A program made the position numbers and the translations under genes. From contig PHET01000004.1 of NCBI GenBank assembly GCA_002841275.1, forward strand, positions 87,289-151,288: a stretch of 64,000 nucleotides of DNA, read 5' to 3'. Each line of letters starts with the position of its first letter. Within the stretch, counting starts at the first letter, position 1. Positions 45,923 through 56,526 of this stretch are shown here, one piece after another. This DNA is from Actinobacteria bacterium HGW-Actinobacteria-7. GTDB taxonomy: Bacteria; Actinomycetota; Coriobacteriia; Anaerosomatales; PHET01. Below the pieces are notes generated by a model. It had not been told where the DNA came from, ran no database searches, and saw nothing but the letters and a program-made list of their open reading frames with translations.

Positions 45923-46624
45923 CTAGAGCAGTCTGCCCAGTCTGAGTTGATCGAGCAGGACCAGGGCTCCCCACCACAACGCCACGCCGAGCAGCGTCGC
46001 AATCGATCCGCGCACGAGGGCCGAGACGAATAGTGACAACTTGCTGGACCCGTCCTTCTTCCATGAGCCGATCCACACCGCCACAATCAGCAGCGGACCC
46101 GCGATGGTCAGCACGAGGCCTCCCAGGACCGCCAAGGGATACAGGCTTGATTCGAACACGGCCTGCGCCTGGGGGATTTGGATGAACCGCCACACCAGCA
46201 GTGCGGCAAACACCACCCATAGCAAGTCGTATATGACGAATGGTATGGACGACACCTTGTTCGTAGTCGGCGCTGGAACCTCAGTTGGTTCCGCGCGCTG
46301 CGGCTCCGCAGCAGGCGCCGGTTCGTCCGGAACAGCAGCCTCGAGTGGTGCGTCGCCCTCGAAGTTGGCTCCCGCCTCGACGATAGCCGCAGTGACCTCG
46401 TCCTGCTCGTCGGGACCTGTCTCGGTCAGCTGAGCCTCTTCGGCTAGAACCTCAGGCTCGACGACGTCTATCTCCGGTTCAGCGTCGGCGGCCGCGTTCT
46501 CCTCGGAAGGCACTACTGGCTCCTCTGCGGAGGCCGGCATCTCCTGGGCGGAATCCGGAGTCACAGCGTCGGGCGCCGGCTCCAGCGGTTCGGTCATTTC
46601 CAGGTCCTCGGTGCCTTCGGTCAC
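45923..46624 (-). CDS. membrane protein with long acidic Pro/Glu-rich N-terminus, function unknown
   Basis: 233 aa: about 130 aa of E/P/A-rich sequence, then 3-4 TM helices. Confidence 0.6.
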   Translation of the reverse strand: MTEGTEDLEMTEPLEPAPDAVTPDSAQEMPASAEEPVVPSEENAAADAEPEIDVVEPEVLAEEAQLTETGPDEQDEVTAAIVEAGANFEGDAPLEAAVPDEPAPAAEPQRAEPTEVPAPTTNKVSSIPFVIYDLLWVVFAALLVWRFIQIPQAQAVFESSLYPLAVLGGLVLTIAGPLLIVAVWIGSWKKDGSSKLSLFVSALVRGSIATLLGVALWWGALVLLDQLRLGRLL

Positions 46625-46656
46625 ACGTCCCCCTCGGGTAGGCAGCTCACGACAGT

Positions 46657-48114
46657 CTACGGCTTGGCGCTCTCGCTCTCAACCGCGTCCGCAGGGCGGC
46701 CGAACCAGGACAGCACGGCGGCGGCGGCCGCGACCACCGCCGCAACCCGTAGCGCGTTCGACATTCCCGCCGAGAACAGCGTCGCGATGCCCGCCTCCAG
46801 CCGCCCCTCACCGTTAGGGAGTCCTGTGCCGCCCACTGACCCACCCACGATGGCAGCAGTGATCGCGATTCCGATCACCATTCCCACATTCCGCGCCTCA
46901 GCGATGAATGCCGATCCGACCCCTGCCCGAGCGCGAGGCGTCGATCGCATCACAGCCGACGTGTTGGGAGTCTGGAAGATCGCCATCCCCGACCCGATGA
47001 TCAACAACGTCACGCCCACAGCCCACAGCGGGCTGGTCGTCGTCAGAAACGACGCCCCTAGGAGTCCGACGGCCAGAACAGCAACCCCCGTAGTAGCGAG
47101 TCCTCGGCTGCCGTGCCTGTCGGACAGGCGCCCAGCCGTCGGTGCGATGGCCGCCATCGCCAACGGGGTGAGGGTGAGCAGAAGTCCTGCCGCTTCCGCG
47201 TCCAGACCTTGAACCCGCAACAGGTAGAAGGGCATCGTGAAGGTCACCGCGAATAGCGACAGATAGGCCAGCGTCGCCGCGCCAAGGCCCGCCGAGAAGG
47301 CGCGGGACGAAAACAAGCTCAGATCGACCATCGGTGCGGCCGCGCGCGACTCCCACCAGACAAACAGTGCGCCTGCAAGCAGTGAGGCGACCACCGGCCC
47401 GATGACCTGCCACGAGAGAATCCCACTGCGATCGGCGTCACCGAGGCCCAGCAGTAGCAGCAGCAATGTGGCCGCAGCCAGCAATGCGCCGAGTATGTCG
47501 AACGGTTCGCCCGGGAGAGGATCGTCACGCAGCAATCGCCACGCGAACGCGGCGACGATCACCGCAAGAGGAACGTTTATGAGGAAGATGCTCGGCCAAC
47601 CAAACGCGCCCACCAGCAGACCGCCCAGGGCGGGACCCACCGTCAGGCCAGCCGAGACCGCAAGGGCAACGTAGCCAAGTGCCCACCCTCTGCGGTTCGC
47701 GGGAAACGTCTTCACCACGAGGGCCGGACCCGCGGCAAACAGCATGGCCGCCCCTATCGCCTGGAACACCCTCGCCGCTATGAGCATCTTCAGGGATCCC
47801 GAGAAGGCGCAGGCCAGCGAACCAAGGCCGAACGAGAGTAGCCCGGAAACATACAGTTTGCGCAGGCCCCAAAGGTCTCCCAAGCGGCCCATGGTGAGCA
47901 ACAGAGCAGAACTCGCCAACAGATAGGCGCTTGCGACCCAGCTCACCGCGGTGAGGCGCTCACCGAACTGAGAAGCGATCGAGGGGAGCGCGATGTTCAC
48001 GATGCTCGAATCGAGGGGCGCCAGAAATGTACCGATCACAAGCACGAACAGGACGGCGCCCGAACCGTGTTCGGTGTGCTCGGGCTTCCGCTCCTCGGAG
48101 TGTGGTGTTGCCAT
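46657..48114 (-). CDS. MFS transporter (14-TM DHA2/EmrB-like)
   Basis: Contains LDSSIVNIALPSI and GRLGDLWGLRK motifs. Confidence 0.85.
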   Translation of the reverse strand: MATPHSEERKPEHTEHGSGAVLFVLVIGTFLAPLDSSIVNIALPSIASQFGERLTAVSWVASAYLLASSALLLTMGRLGDLWGLRKLYVSGLLSFGLGSLACAFSGSLKMLIAARVFQAIGAAMLFAAGPALVVKTFPANRRGWALGYVALAVSAGLTVGPALGGLLVGAFGWPSIFLINVPLAVIVAAFAWRLLRDDPLPGEPFDILGALLAAATLLLLLLGLGDADRSGILSWQVIGPVVASLLAGALFVWWESRAAAPMVDLSLFSSRAFSAGLGAATLAYLSLFAVTFTMPFYLLRVQGLDAEAAGLLLTLTPLAMAAIAPTAGRLSDRHGSRGLATTGVAVLAVGLLGASFLTTTSPLWAVGVTLLIIGSGMAIFQTPNTSAVMRSTPRARAGVGSAFIAEARNVGMVIGIAITAAIVGGSVGGTGLPNGEGRLEAGIATLFSAGMSNALRVAAVVAAAAAVLSWFGRPADAVESESAKP

Positions 48115-48349
48115 TTGTCGATGTCCTGACTGCGTGAGTGTCGTGTGGTCATCATCATCTCATGCCCGCCGATAAGAGCCGTAGTCGGCGTGTCTGCCGC
48201 CTGATGGTGTTTGAACGTTCGGTCTGCTGGTTATGGCGTCTTCATGGAGAGCGCGCTTTCGGCGGTATTCTAGCTTCTAGCACGGAGTCTCCTGTGGTGT
48301 GCCAGGAACCGCGACACACCTGCGATACCGTCTCGACAGAGGAGTTCTC

Positions 48350-49750
48350 ATGACTGAAGAACATCGTCCCGACGTCACTAGCGTCACGCCGGAGCCCAGC
48401 GTCATGCCGGCCCCGCCCCAGCCGCCTTCTGAGGTTCCGCCGGTGATACCGCCCGTGCCTGCGGTCGAACCTGCTGTAGTCACCCCACCTAGCGCTCCGC
48501 AGTATCAGACGGCCGCCGTACCGCCGGTCGTCCCTCCGCCGCAGCCCACAGAGATGCCGACCTCCTCCTCTGGCCACAAGCCCGGCTCCACCATCGCTAT
48601 TGCAGTCCTGCTCTCGTTCGTCATCGCCGTGTTCTCGGGCGCAGCGGCAGGGTTTCTCGGCGCACGTATCGCCGGCGGCGGCACAAGAACGCGTGCCCCG
48701 CAACAGGTCGAAGTCATCGCTCCCCGTACGTCCGAGCCCATCGTGGCGGCGGCCGCCGCCGGACTTCCGTCGGTAGTCAACATCGACGTGAGCGGGAGCG
48801 GGTCCACCACTGACGCACAGGGCCTGCCCCAGAATCACCCCAGCGTCCCATCGCAGGGAACCGGCTCGGGCGTCGCCTACAAGCGCGCTGACGGCGGAAC
48901 GTACATCATCACAAACAACCACGTGGTCGAGAATGCTGACACACTCACCGTGCGCGATGCCGCCGGCCAATCGATGAAGGCCGTTCTCGTGGGCCGCGAT
49001 CCTGAGAGCGATATCGCGGTGGTCAAAGTCGACCGCAACATCCCGCTCATCAAGACGGCCGACTCCGCCAAGCTGCTCGTTGGCCAGTCTGTGGTAGCGA
49101 TCGGCTCACCTTTCGGCCTCGAGCACTCGGTCACCTCAGGCGTGATCTCTGCCCTAGGCCGATCGCTTCCCGAGTATGTCGGGTCGACGTCAAGCGCTTC
49201 CCCCCTCGTCGATGTCATCCAGACTGACGCCGCCATCAACCCCGGCAACTCCGGAGGCGCACTGGTGGACCGCACCGGGAAGCTCGTGGGAATCAACACC
49301 GCGATCTACTCGGATTCCGGTCAGAACGGCGGCATCGGTTTCGCGGTGCCAGTCAACACAGCGACACGTGTCGCCGATCAGTTGATTGCAGGCGACGGTG
49401 TGACGCACCCGTTCCTTGGCGTGGTGGGCACTACCATCACGAGCCAGTTGGCCCAGCAGGAGAAGCTGACGGTGACCGAGGGCACCTGGGTCTCTGAGAC
49501 CACAAAAGGCAGCGGCGCCGAGAAGGCAGGCATCCGCAAGGGCGATGTCATCACCGCCGTCGACGGAACGGCGATACGCTCCATCAATGACCTCATCCTC
49601 AACGTTCGCCGCAAGCAAGTGGGCGACACCGTGAAGCTCTCGGTCATACGCGGTGAAGAGAAGCTCACGATTGACGTGGTCGTCGGCGACAAACCTGCCG
49701 ACCTTGCAACTCCCAGCGCGCCCGACACGAGCACGCCAAGCACCAAGTAG
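48350..49750 (+). CDS. HtrA/DegP-family serine protease with PDZ domain
   Basis: Trimmed to the ATG at 48350, after AGAGGAG. Pro-rich N-terminus, TM helix, NNHVV, DIAV, GNSGGAL and a PDZ domain. Confidence 0.85.
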   Translation: MTEEHRPDVTSVTPEPSVMPAPPQPPSEVPPVIPPVPAVEPAVVTPPSAPQYQTAAVPPVVPPPQPTEMPTSSSGHKPGSTIAIAVLLSFVIAVFSGAAAGFLGARIAGGGTRTRAPQQVEVIAPRTSEPIVAAAAAGLPSVVNIDVSGSGSTTDAQGLPQNHPSVPSQGTGSGVAYKRADGGTYIITNNHVVENADTLTVRDAAGQSMKAVLVGRDPESDIAVVKVDRNIPLIKTADSAKLLVGQSVVAIGSPFGLEHSVTSGVISALGRSLPEYVGSTSSASPLVDVIQTDAAINPGNSGGALVDRTGKLVGINTAIYSDSGQNGGIGFAVPVNTATRVADQLIAGDGVTHPFLGVVGTTITSQLAQQEKLTVTEGTWVSETTKGSGAEKAGIRKGDVITAVDGTAIRSINDLILNVRRKQVGDTVKLSVIRGEEKLTIDVVVGDKPADLATPSAPDTSTPSTK

Positions 49751-49772
49751 CTCGTTGACCTCAAGGCATATC

Positions 49773-49803
49773 GAAAGGCCCCGGCGCGTTGCCGGGGCCT
49801 TTC
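49773..49803. terminator. bidirectional hairpin between convergent htrA and the cytochrome gene
   Basis: GAAAGGCCCCGGC-gcgtt-GCCGGGGCCTTTC, a 13-bp perfect stem. Confidence 0.7.
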
Positions 49804-49830
49804 GTCTGGTCGACCCGAACGAACTGGCGA

Positions 49831-51216
49831 CTAGCTGGACCTGCGGGAACGCCTCCAGAAGTTGGCGATAACAGCCGCGAGCACGACGAGCACGCCCAGA
49901 ATCACCCACGTGGTCATACCACTCCACTGCACGGCGTCCAGGGTCGGCGACTCAGCCCCACCCATAGCATCTTTGGTCCTGGCAGCCACTGATGCGAAGA
50001 CCGTCTTGGAGTCCATCGCCATCTCGGTGGTTGGATTCTCCACCCCTGCCTTCTTGGCCAGCTCATCAGGAACTGACTTGTAGAAGAGCGCTGCCTTGAC
50101 GGTGGCCTTCTCCATACCCGCAGGCATAGTGAACGCGTACTGATTCGTCACCGACTCCTTGGGCGGAATACGGTCATCGGACTTGATTTTGGTGGCGTCC
50201 CACAGTTCGACCGGAGCATTGCCCTTGTCGTCTTGAAGGATGGTCCCGAAGACTCGTTCTCCAAGCTTCGTGGACTTCCCGCCAGCATCTGTGGCAGTGA
50301 CTTCCAGCCACATCTGACGAACCTCCGTGAGCCCTGTGGGTAGGTAGTGCCCAGCGCCCGAGTTGGTGATGGTGACTGTCGCCTGGGCCGACGAGCCCGA
50401 AGGCACGATCTCCGGAATCTCAAGGACGAGTGTGGCCGCGCTCTTCAATCGTGCTGTCGCAACAACAGAGGGGCCCTGCGCCACCTGCGCACCCACGAAC
50501 GTCATCGTGTAGATGTTGTCACGCTGAGGGGCTCCACCTGCGGCGCGGCCCGTCATGGGTCCGATGACCCCGGGCTGTCTGCTCATATGACAGTCCTGGC
50601 AGACGATGCCTTCCTTGGCATAGGGGCCCTTCGACCATTCCGAGAAGGTCGACTCCAGATGCATGCCGTTCACCGGATGGTTGACGTTGTGGCAGCCGCC
50701 GCAGATATCGGCCTTCCTGTGGAGCTCGGAGTATGCCGCGGGGTGCGGAGCCTGCGGGTCCTCGATCTGAGCGCGACGAGTTCCCGAAGGATCGACCAGC
50801 TGCGAGACATTGCCCGGCTCACCCTTCAGCATTCCACTGATCTGATGACAGAAGCTGCACGATATCCCTTCAGCCGGTCCCGGGCTCAATGCGCCTCCCT
50901 TTGCCAGTTCCCCGGTCATCTCGGCAGCGGGGGCATGGCACCGCTTGCAGAAGGCCCCGAGTTTGCCGTCAGTAGCCGCATTCGCCTCGCTGACCTTGGC
51001 GATGAACAGCTCATCGGTCAACGCTTTGGCGTGCATAGACTGCGACCACTCTTCGATAAGTGCGGCGTGGCAACCGCACGACTGTGACGGCTGGAACTTG
51101 TCCGGAGAGATGCCGGTGTTCTTCACCGGAACACCGACCGCAGACGCCGACGCAGCGATGGCTAGCGCAAACAGGAACGCACCGACGACACCGAGTGGGC
51201 GCAGGAATCTCCTCAT
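49831..51216 (-). CDS. secreted multiheme c-type cytochrome with C-terminal TM anchor
   Basis: Trimmed to the ATG at 51216, after GGAGGAG. Signal peptide MRRFLRPLGVVGAFLFALAIAASASA. CXXCH motifs CKRCH, CSFCH, CGGCH and CQDCH, plus an SCGCH variant. C-terminal helix WVILGVLVVLAAVIANFW. Confidence 0.8.
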   Translation of the reverse strand: MRRFLRPLGVVGAFLFALAIAASASAVGVPVKNTGISPDKFQPSQSCGCHAALIEEWSQSMHAKALTDELFIAKVSEANAATDGKLGAFCKRCHAPAAEMTGELAKGGALSPGPAEGISCSFCHQISGMLKGEPGNVSQLVDPSGTRRAQIEDPQAPHPAAYSELHRKADICGGCHNVNHPVNGMHLESTFSEWSKGPYAKEGIVCQDCHMSRQPGVIGPMTGRAAGGAPQRDNIYTMTFVGAQVAQGPSVVATARLKSAATLVLEIPEIVPSGSSAQATVTITNSGAGHYLPTGLTEVRQMWLEVTATDAGGKSTKLGERVFGTILQDDKGNAPVELWDATKIKSDDRIPPKESVTNQYAFTMPAGMEKATVKAALFYKSVPDELAKKAGVENPTTEMAMDSKTVFASVAARTKDAMGGAESPTLDAVQWSGMTTWVILGVLVVLAAVIANFWRRSRRSS

Positions 51217-51488
51217 GTAGTTCTCCTCCTCGATTTGCGGGACCCCTCCGTCCCAAAAGCAACATACCCCTTCGTGCGAACCCGTATGCCGTTTCATGTC
51301 GCCAGAGGAGCGTAGTATAAATGCGTATCGCGCGCTATCATTTCCCCTGCCCTTGCCTTCCGCTACATGAATCCGTGACCCGCTCTTCCCGCGCTGACGC
51401 GATGTATTCTCACCGCCAAGGAGGTAGGGGCAGGCAGCTTAGGGTAGTGATAGTCGTGGAACATGACACCAAAGCAGAGGAGAAGGAC

Positions 51489-51995
51489 ATGGTTGAGAAG
51501 CTTCGTTGTTCGGGTTGCGGCTACTTCCATATCGGCCCCGCGCCCGATTTCTGCCCGGTCTGTGGAGCACCCAAGACCGCTTTCAAGCCCTACGATGGCC
51601 CCGGCGACCTGACTGGGACGAGCACGCTGGATAACCTCAAGGCGGCATTCGCCGGAGAGTCCCAGGCGAACCGTCGCTACACGCTCTGGCGTCGCATCGC
51701 AGAGCTCGAAGGCGCGCCTCAGGCAGCACTTGATGCCTTCGATCGTGCGGCCGCCGAAGAGACCGCTCACGCGCTTGGCCACCTCGCCTACATCGCAGGT
51801 GCGACCGCGACCGCAGACAACCTGCGTATGGCCGTGGCCGGAGAAGACAACGAGGCCACCGACATGTACCCGGGCTTTGCTGAGACCGCCGAGGCCGAGG
51901 GTTTCTCGGATATCGCGTACTATTTCCGTAGCCTTGGGCGATACGAGGGCGAGCACCGCGAGGAGTACCGCGGCGCCCTCGAAGAAATGGAGTAA
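51489..51995 (+). CDS. reverse rubrerythrin (N-terminal rubredoxin-like domain + diiron four-helix bundle)
   Basis: Trimmed to the ATG at 51489, after GGAGAAGGA. Contains CSGCG...CPVCG, then AGESQANRRY, EETAHA and EGEHRE. Confidence 0.85.
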   Translation: MVEKLRCSGCGYFHIGPAPDFCPVCGAPKTAFKPYDGPGDLTGTSTLDNLKAAFAGESQANRRYTLWRRIAELEGAPQAALDAFDRAAAEETAHALGHLAYIAGATATADNLRMAVAGEDNEATDMYPGFAETAEAEGFSDIAYYFRSLGRYEGEHREEYRGALEEME

Positions 51996-52004
51996 CGAAG
52001 CCGA

Positions 52005-53069
52005 GTGAGCACTCTCCCCTCCCCCGCACTGCCCGACGCCATCGGGATCAAAGCGCTTGATGCCAACGGTGTCGCGAGCCTGGTCGCCGAGCTGGGCGAG
52101 CCTGGGTTCCGAGCCAAGCAGCTGGTGCAGTGGGTCTACGGACGGGGTGCTGCCTCTTACGCCGAGATGACCAATCTGCCTTCCGGCCTGCGAGATCGCC
52201 TCGCAGGCCGGTTCGCGCTCGCAGCCCCCTCGGTTGTCGTGCGGCAGGTTTCCGCAGACGGAACCCGCAAGTACCTGTTGAAGCTGGCGGACGGCGCGAC
52301 GATCGAAACCGTGGGGCTGCCAAAAGACGACCGCCTTACCGTCTGTTTCTCCACCCAGGCAGGCTGCGCGATGGGGTGCTCGTTCTGCGCGACCGGTGAG
52401 TCCGGGCTTACGCGCAACCTCGGCCCCGGCGAGATGGTGGACCAGCTTCATGTTGTTGCCAGGGACTTCGGCCAGCGAGTGACCAACGCGGTGGCCATGG
52501 GTCAGGGGGAACCCTTCGCCAACTACGAACCCACCCTCGGGGCACTGCGGCTGATGAACTCGCCGGACGGCATGGGGATCGGAGCTCGTCACCTCACCGT
52601 CTCGACGTGCGGTCTCACCAGCGGAATCCGCCGCCTGTCCACTGAGCCCGAGCAGTTCACGCTTGCGGTCTCGTTGCACTCGGCGGTACAGACCACCCGG
52701 GATCGTCTCATGCCAGGCGTGAAGGGCGTGCCCCTAGGCGAGCTACGACAGGCGCTGGTCGACTACGCGAACGCTACCGGGCGCCGGCCCTCTATCGAGT
52801 ACGCACTTATCGGGGGCGTCAATGACACTCCCGCGGAGATCGACGCGCTCGTAGTGTTCTGCCGCGGGCTGTTGATTCACGTGAATCTGATCCCCATCAA
52901 TCCCGTGGAGGGCACTGGCTACGGGCGTTCCGCCACCGGAGACATCGCAGCGATCGAACGGCATCTGACCGCCGAGCATATCGAAGTCTCCGTGAGATCC
53001 GAGCGCGGCGCAGACATCGACGCGGCGTGCGGTCAACTTCGACAGAGGTCGACTGCCGCGCCTGAGTGA
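52005..53069 (+). CDS. rlmN: 23S rRNA/tRNA adenine-C2 methyltransferase, radical SAM
   Basis: Contains FRAKQLVQWVY and GCAMGCSFCATG. Confidence 0.9.
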   Translation: MSTLPSPALPDAIGIKALDANGVASLVAELGEPGFRAKQLVQWVYGRGAASYAEMTNLPSGLRDRLAGRFALAAPSVVVRQVSADGTRKYLLKLADGATIETVGLPKDDRLTVCFSTQAGCAMGCSFCATGESGLTRNLGPGEMVDQLHVVARDFGQRVTNAVAMGQGEPFANYEPTLGALRLMNSPDGMGIGARHLTVSTCGLTSGIRRLSTEPEQFTLAVSLHSAVQTTRDRLMPGVKGVPLGELRQALVDYANATGRRPSIEYALIGGVNDTPAEIDALVVFCRGLLIHVNLIPINPVEGTGYGRSATGDIAAIERHLTAEHIEVSVRSERGADIDAACGQLRQRSTAAPE

Positions 53070-53082
53070 GATCCGTCTTCGC

Positions 53083-56000
53083 CTAGTGCGATGCGCCTGC
53101 CGGGGAATGCCTCCTGGCTTCTCCTGATGCCTTGACAGGGCACATCTGCCGTAACGCGGGGCAACTCCCGCATACGTGATCGTCCCACTGCGACAGATGC
53201 CCGTACGAACCCTCGCTCATCCGGTCGTGCACGTTCAGGAGATCGCCTGCGAACGCGAGCGCCTCGTCGGCCGAGTAGTGGAACCGCACTGTTTGCGGTT
53301 GACCGTCAACCAGCACCTCTGGACGCAGGAAGACCGCTTCGACTTTCTGTGCCTCGTCGCGAGCTGCCGCCAGCGCATAGCACTTCGCCTGCAGCTCGTA
53401 CCGCTTGGCGAGGTCCTCGATCGCGCGAGTTGTCTCACCCGTCTTATAGTCGACGATCAGAACGTGACGGGACTGCTTGGCGTATACATCGATGGTGCCA
53501 TCAAGAACGAAGCCCTGCCCAGGCTCGCCGACCCACAATGCGAACGGAGCTTCCCTCCTCACGGAGTCAGCTGCGCGCACCTCTTGGGCCACGCTCGAGC
53601 TGCGATAGACGTCGAAGTTCCGCCGCACGCGCGCCGCATCCGACCTCTCAAGGCGATAGTGCCGCACGACCGAGGCGAACCTCTCCTCCGACAGCTGTCC
53701 GTCTTCGCCTGCCATCTGTAGCAGGAGATGCAGTGCCGAGCCCCGTCTTGACGCAGGGCCCGCCGCTTCGGCAGCCACTCCCAGCCCGAGGATCTTCTCC
53801 GCCCTGAAACGAAGCGGGCACTTCTGGTAGAGGCTCACTCCCGAGTAGGACAGTCGCCGGGGAGTCTCGACCTCCGCCCGGGCATCCGGCTCATCCTGCA
53901 TCAGCCGCGCATACCATTCCTTGGAGCCACGACGATCTTCCGGCGAAGCCGCGACTGGAGATACATCCCGCTCCTGCGGATCGGCGAACGGGAGAACTCT
54001 CACTTTGGCGCTGGCGCCGCCACCAAAGTCGTGTAACCCCTGAGTGTCCGGCACTATCTCAATGCCCAAGGCGTCGACAAGCCAGTTGAGCATGGAACAA
54101 GTGGCCGAATTGCCCACCGTGCGAGCGCCTGCTAGGACCAACAGCTCACGAGCTCTTGTGCAGGCGACATAGAACAGCCTCTTGCGCTCTTCGTCCTCTG
54201 AGGTCCCATCCTGCTCGCCCATATCCACGAAGGCGGTCGGTCGTCTCAGTTCCGAGTCTCGCTCTCCTCCCCATGAAGAAGGGAGCGCCATGGCCAGTGC
54301 ACGGTCCTGTCCCACGCGCCAGCGCGCGATGTTGCGGTCGGTCCGGCCCGTGCTTGAGAGTTCTGGAACGATAACAACTGGAAACTCAAGACCTTTGGAT
54401 GCGTGGATGCTCATGATTCGCACCGCAGATGTGTCCTCGCCCACCAGCGACGCAGGCGTCTCATGATCGCCGAACTCCTCCTTCGCATCGAGATACGCCA
54501 GGAAACCGGCCGGGCCCGTACCCCTTGAGCCCTCGAACGTGGCGGCAAGTCGAGTGAACTTGAGCACGTTGGCATACGCTTGTGCGCCCGCAAGCCCCGA
54601 CGCCACCATGCGGAGATCGAGTCCGCAGTCCTCCACCAGTTTCAGAATCAGCTCTGAGAGCGAAACGCGTCCCAGGGCGTCGGCGGCTCGCGATACTGCC
54701 CGAGCAAGTACGTCCATTCGCGCTCGGTCATCTTCATCCAACAGGGCGCTCTTGTGCGCCGCCCACAACCCCACGCCTTCACCCCGCGCTCTGTCTCGAA
54801 GAGCCAGGAGGCCATCATCGGACAGTCCGCAAAGATCAGACGCCATCACTTCTGCTGCCGCTGCCTCGTCGCGCGTGTTGACGACCACCCGCAGAGCCGA
54901 GCGCAGCGCACACACCTCGCGCTGTTCGAAGAAGCGGCTGCCACCAATCACAACGGCCTCAGCGCCGGCCGCAGTCAGAGCACCGGCATAGACATGCGCA
55001 TGCGTGTAGGCGGGAACGAGGATGACGATATCGCCAAGCGAGACCCCGCCCTCGTCTCGGAGCTCACAGACTTTGGCTGCAATCTCGCTGGCTAGACCTG
55101 CACGGGCCTCGTCGCCTCCCGCATTGCCTTGTGTCGGCGCAATGAGCACCTCCACCCGGGACGCGTCAGCCGGCAACAGGGCTGGCTCCGGCTCGGTTCT
55201 CCCATGTCCCAGAATCACGAGGTGGCCCCCGAACAGGAGCGGATCACCAAAGAGCCTGTTGGCGAAGTCTAGGATCTGCGGGTGAGAGCGATAGTTCACG
55301 CTCAGAGTGACCGGTGTGGCCCCCGACTCGATCATGGCGCGGTTATGTGCCCGATACACTTCAACGTCTGCGCCGCGGAACCGGTAGATCGACTGACTTT
55401 CATCGCCGACGGTACAGAGATTTCTTCCGGCGAGCGCCTCGACCACCTCAAGCTGCAATGCATCGGTGTCCTGGAACTCATCGACCATCGCAAGGTGAAA
55501 CCTATCCCTCCAACGAGCTGCGATCTCCGGCTGTCGCAAGAGCCTGCGAGCTTCCACCTGCAGATCGCTGAAGTCCAAGCCTCCCGCCTGGCCCTTGAGT
55601 TCAGAGAAGACGGCTGAGTACTCTTCTACGAGCGCGACCAACTCCTCTGCAAGCGGCCGTGTGATGATGCCCGCGAGTCGTGAGCACAGGTCAATCCGCG
55701 ACTGCTTGACTGCAACGACGTGGTCCTTCACGCCTGCGGAGGTCCTCGCCATCGGGTGCCCCTGAAGAATGCGCCAGACGGCCTCCGCGAGTTGTTCATC
55801 GTTCAAATCCGTCTTCGTCAGACGGTCCAAAGCCTCGAACGTGAACAAACACGCTCCCCCGTGGTCCGCAACCGCTTGAGTGTCCAGCCCGCATGATTGG
55901 AAGAACGCCGACTTCTCTCCAAAGAAGTCACGGGCTTCACGGGCCAGAGCACGAGCAGTATCCCTCGTCTCAATCCGAAGGTCTGCAGCAACTACGTCTC

Positions 56001-56526
56001 GCGTGCGCAGCTCCTCGGCGAGAACGAACACAGTCGACGCTACTGCCGAGAACTCATACAGACCAAGAAGATTTGAGCGCCCCCTCTTCTCGGCAACGCG
56101 GCGCACGGCCGCCTCGAATGCTTGCTCCTTGAGCTGACCGGTCTCTACCGTCTCCAAAACCCGAAAAGCCGGATCGATCTGCGCCTCCAGTGCCTCCGCT
56201 CGCACGATTCGGGCGCACATTCCATGGATGGTCGATATCCAAGCACCATCAACGCGCCGAGCTTGGCTCTGAAGCCCTGCAAAACGCAGTGTCGCGCGAA
56301 TCCGCTCGGCGAGCTCACCGGCGGCCTTCTCGGTGTAGGTGATTGCCAGAATCTGGTCGATTCCGACAGCCGTCCAATCGGGTGGCACGTCGGCACCTAC
56401 CGCGTTGGCAGCCCTTTCGGTGAGCACCCGCGTCTTGCCGGAGCCTGCCCCGGCCGTGATCAACACGGGGCCGACGAGTGTCGTCGCGGCGATCAGCTGA
56501 TCCTTGTTGAGTTCAAAGGAGCTCAC
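53083..56526 (-). CDS. addA: helicase-nuclease subunit A (AddA/UvrD-type)
   Basis: Trimmed to the GTG at 56526 (GTGA overlap with the addB stop). Contains AGAGSGKT, DEFQDT and a C-terminal RecB-type nuclease domain with four Cys. Confidence 0.85.
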   Translation of the reverse strand: MSSFELNKDQLIAATTLVGPVLITAGAGSGKTRVLTERAANAVGADVPPDWTAVGIDQILAITYTEKAAGELAERIRATLRFAGLQSQARRVDGAWISTIHGMCARIVRAEALEAQIDPAFRVLETVETGQLKEQAFEAAVRRVAEKRGRSNLLGLYEFSAVASTVFVLAEELRTRDVVAADLRIETRDTARALAREARDFFGEKSAFFQSCGLDTQAVADHGGACLFTFEALDRLTKTDLNDEQLAEAVWRILQGHPMARTSAGVKDHVVAVKQSRIDLCSRLAGIITRPLAEELVALVEEYSAVFSELKGQAGGLDFSDLQVEARRLLRQPEIAARWRDRFHLAMVDEFQDTDALQLEVVEALAGRNLCTVGDESQSIYRFRGADVEVYRAHNRAMIESGATPVTLSVNYRSHPQILDFANRLFGDPLLFGGHLVILGHGRTEPEPALLPADASRVEVLIAPTQGNAGGDEARAGLASEIAAKVCELRDEGGVSLGDIVILVPAYTHAHVYAGALTAAGAEAVVIGGSRFFEQREVCALRSALRVVVNTRDEAAAAEVMASDLCGLSDDGLLALRDRARGEGVGLWAAHKSALLDEDDRARMDVLARAVSRAADALGRVSLSELILKLVEDCGLDLRMVASGLAGAQAYANVLKFTRLAATFEGSRGTGPAGFLAYLDAKEEFGDHETPASLVGEDTSAVRIMSIHASKGLEFPVVIVPELSSTGRTDRNIARWRVGQDRALAMALPSSWGGERDSELRRPTAFVDMGEQDGTSEDEERKRLFYVACTRARELLVLAGARTVGNSATCSMLNWLVDALGIEIVPDTQGLHDFGGGASAKVRVLPFADPQERDVSPVAASPEDRRGSKEWYARLMQDEPDARAEVETPRRLSYSGVSLYQKCPLRFRAEKILGLGVAAEAAGPASRRGSALHLLLQMAGEDGQLSEERFASVVRHYRLERSDAARVRRNFDVYRSSSVAQEVRAADSVRREAPFALWVGEPGQGFVLDGTIDVYAKQSRHVLIVDYKTGETTRAIEDLAKRYELQAKCYALAAARDEAQKVEAVFLRPEVLVDGQPQTVRFHYSADEALAFAGDLLNVHDRMSEGSYGHLSQWDDHVCGSCPALRQMCPVKASGEARRHSPAGASH

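Noticed and set aside
48262-48285. A short direct repeat TTCTAGC-TTCTAGC and a nearby GGTGTG/CACACC inverted repeat upstream of htrA.
   Set aside because: They are too short (6-7 bp) to distinguish from chance, and I recognise no binding motif.
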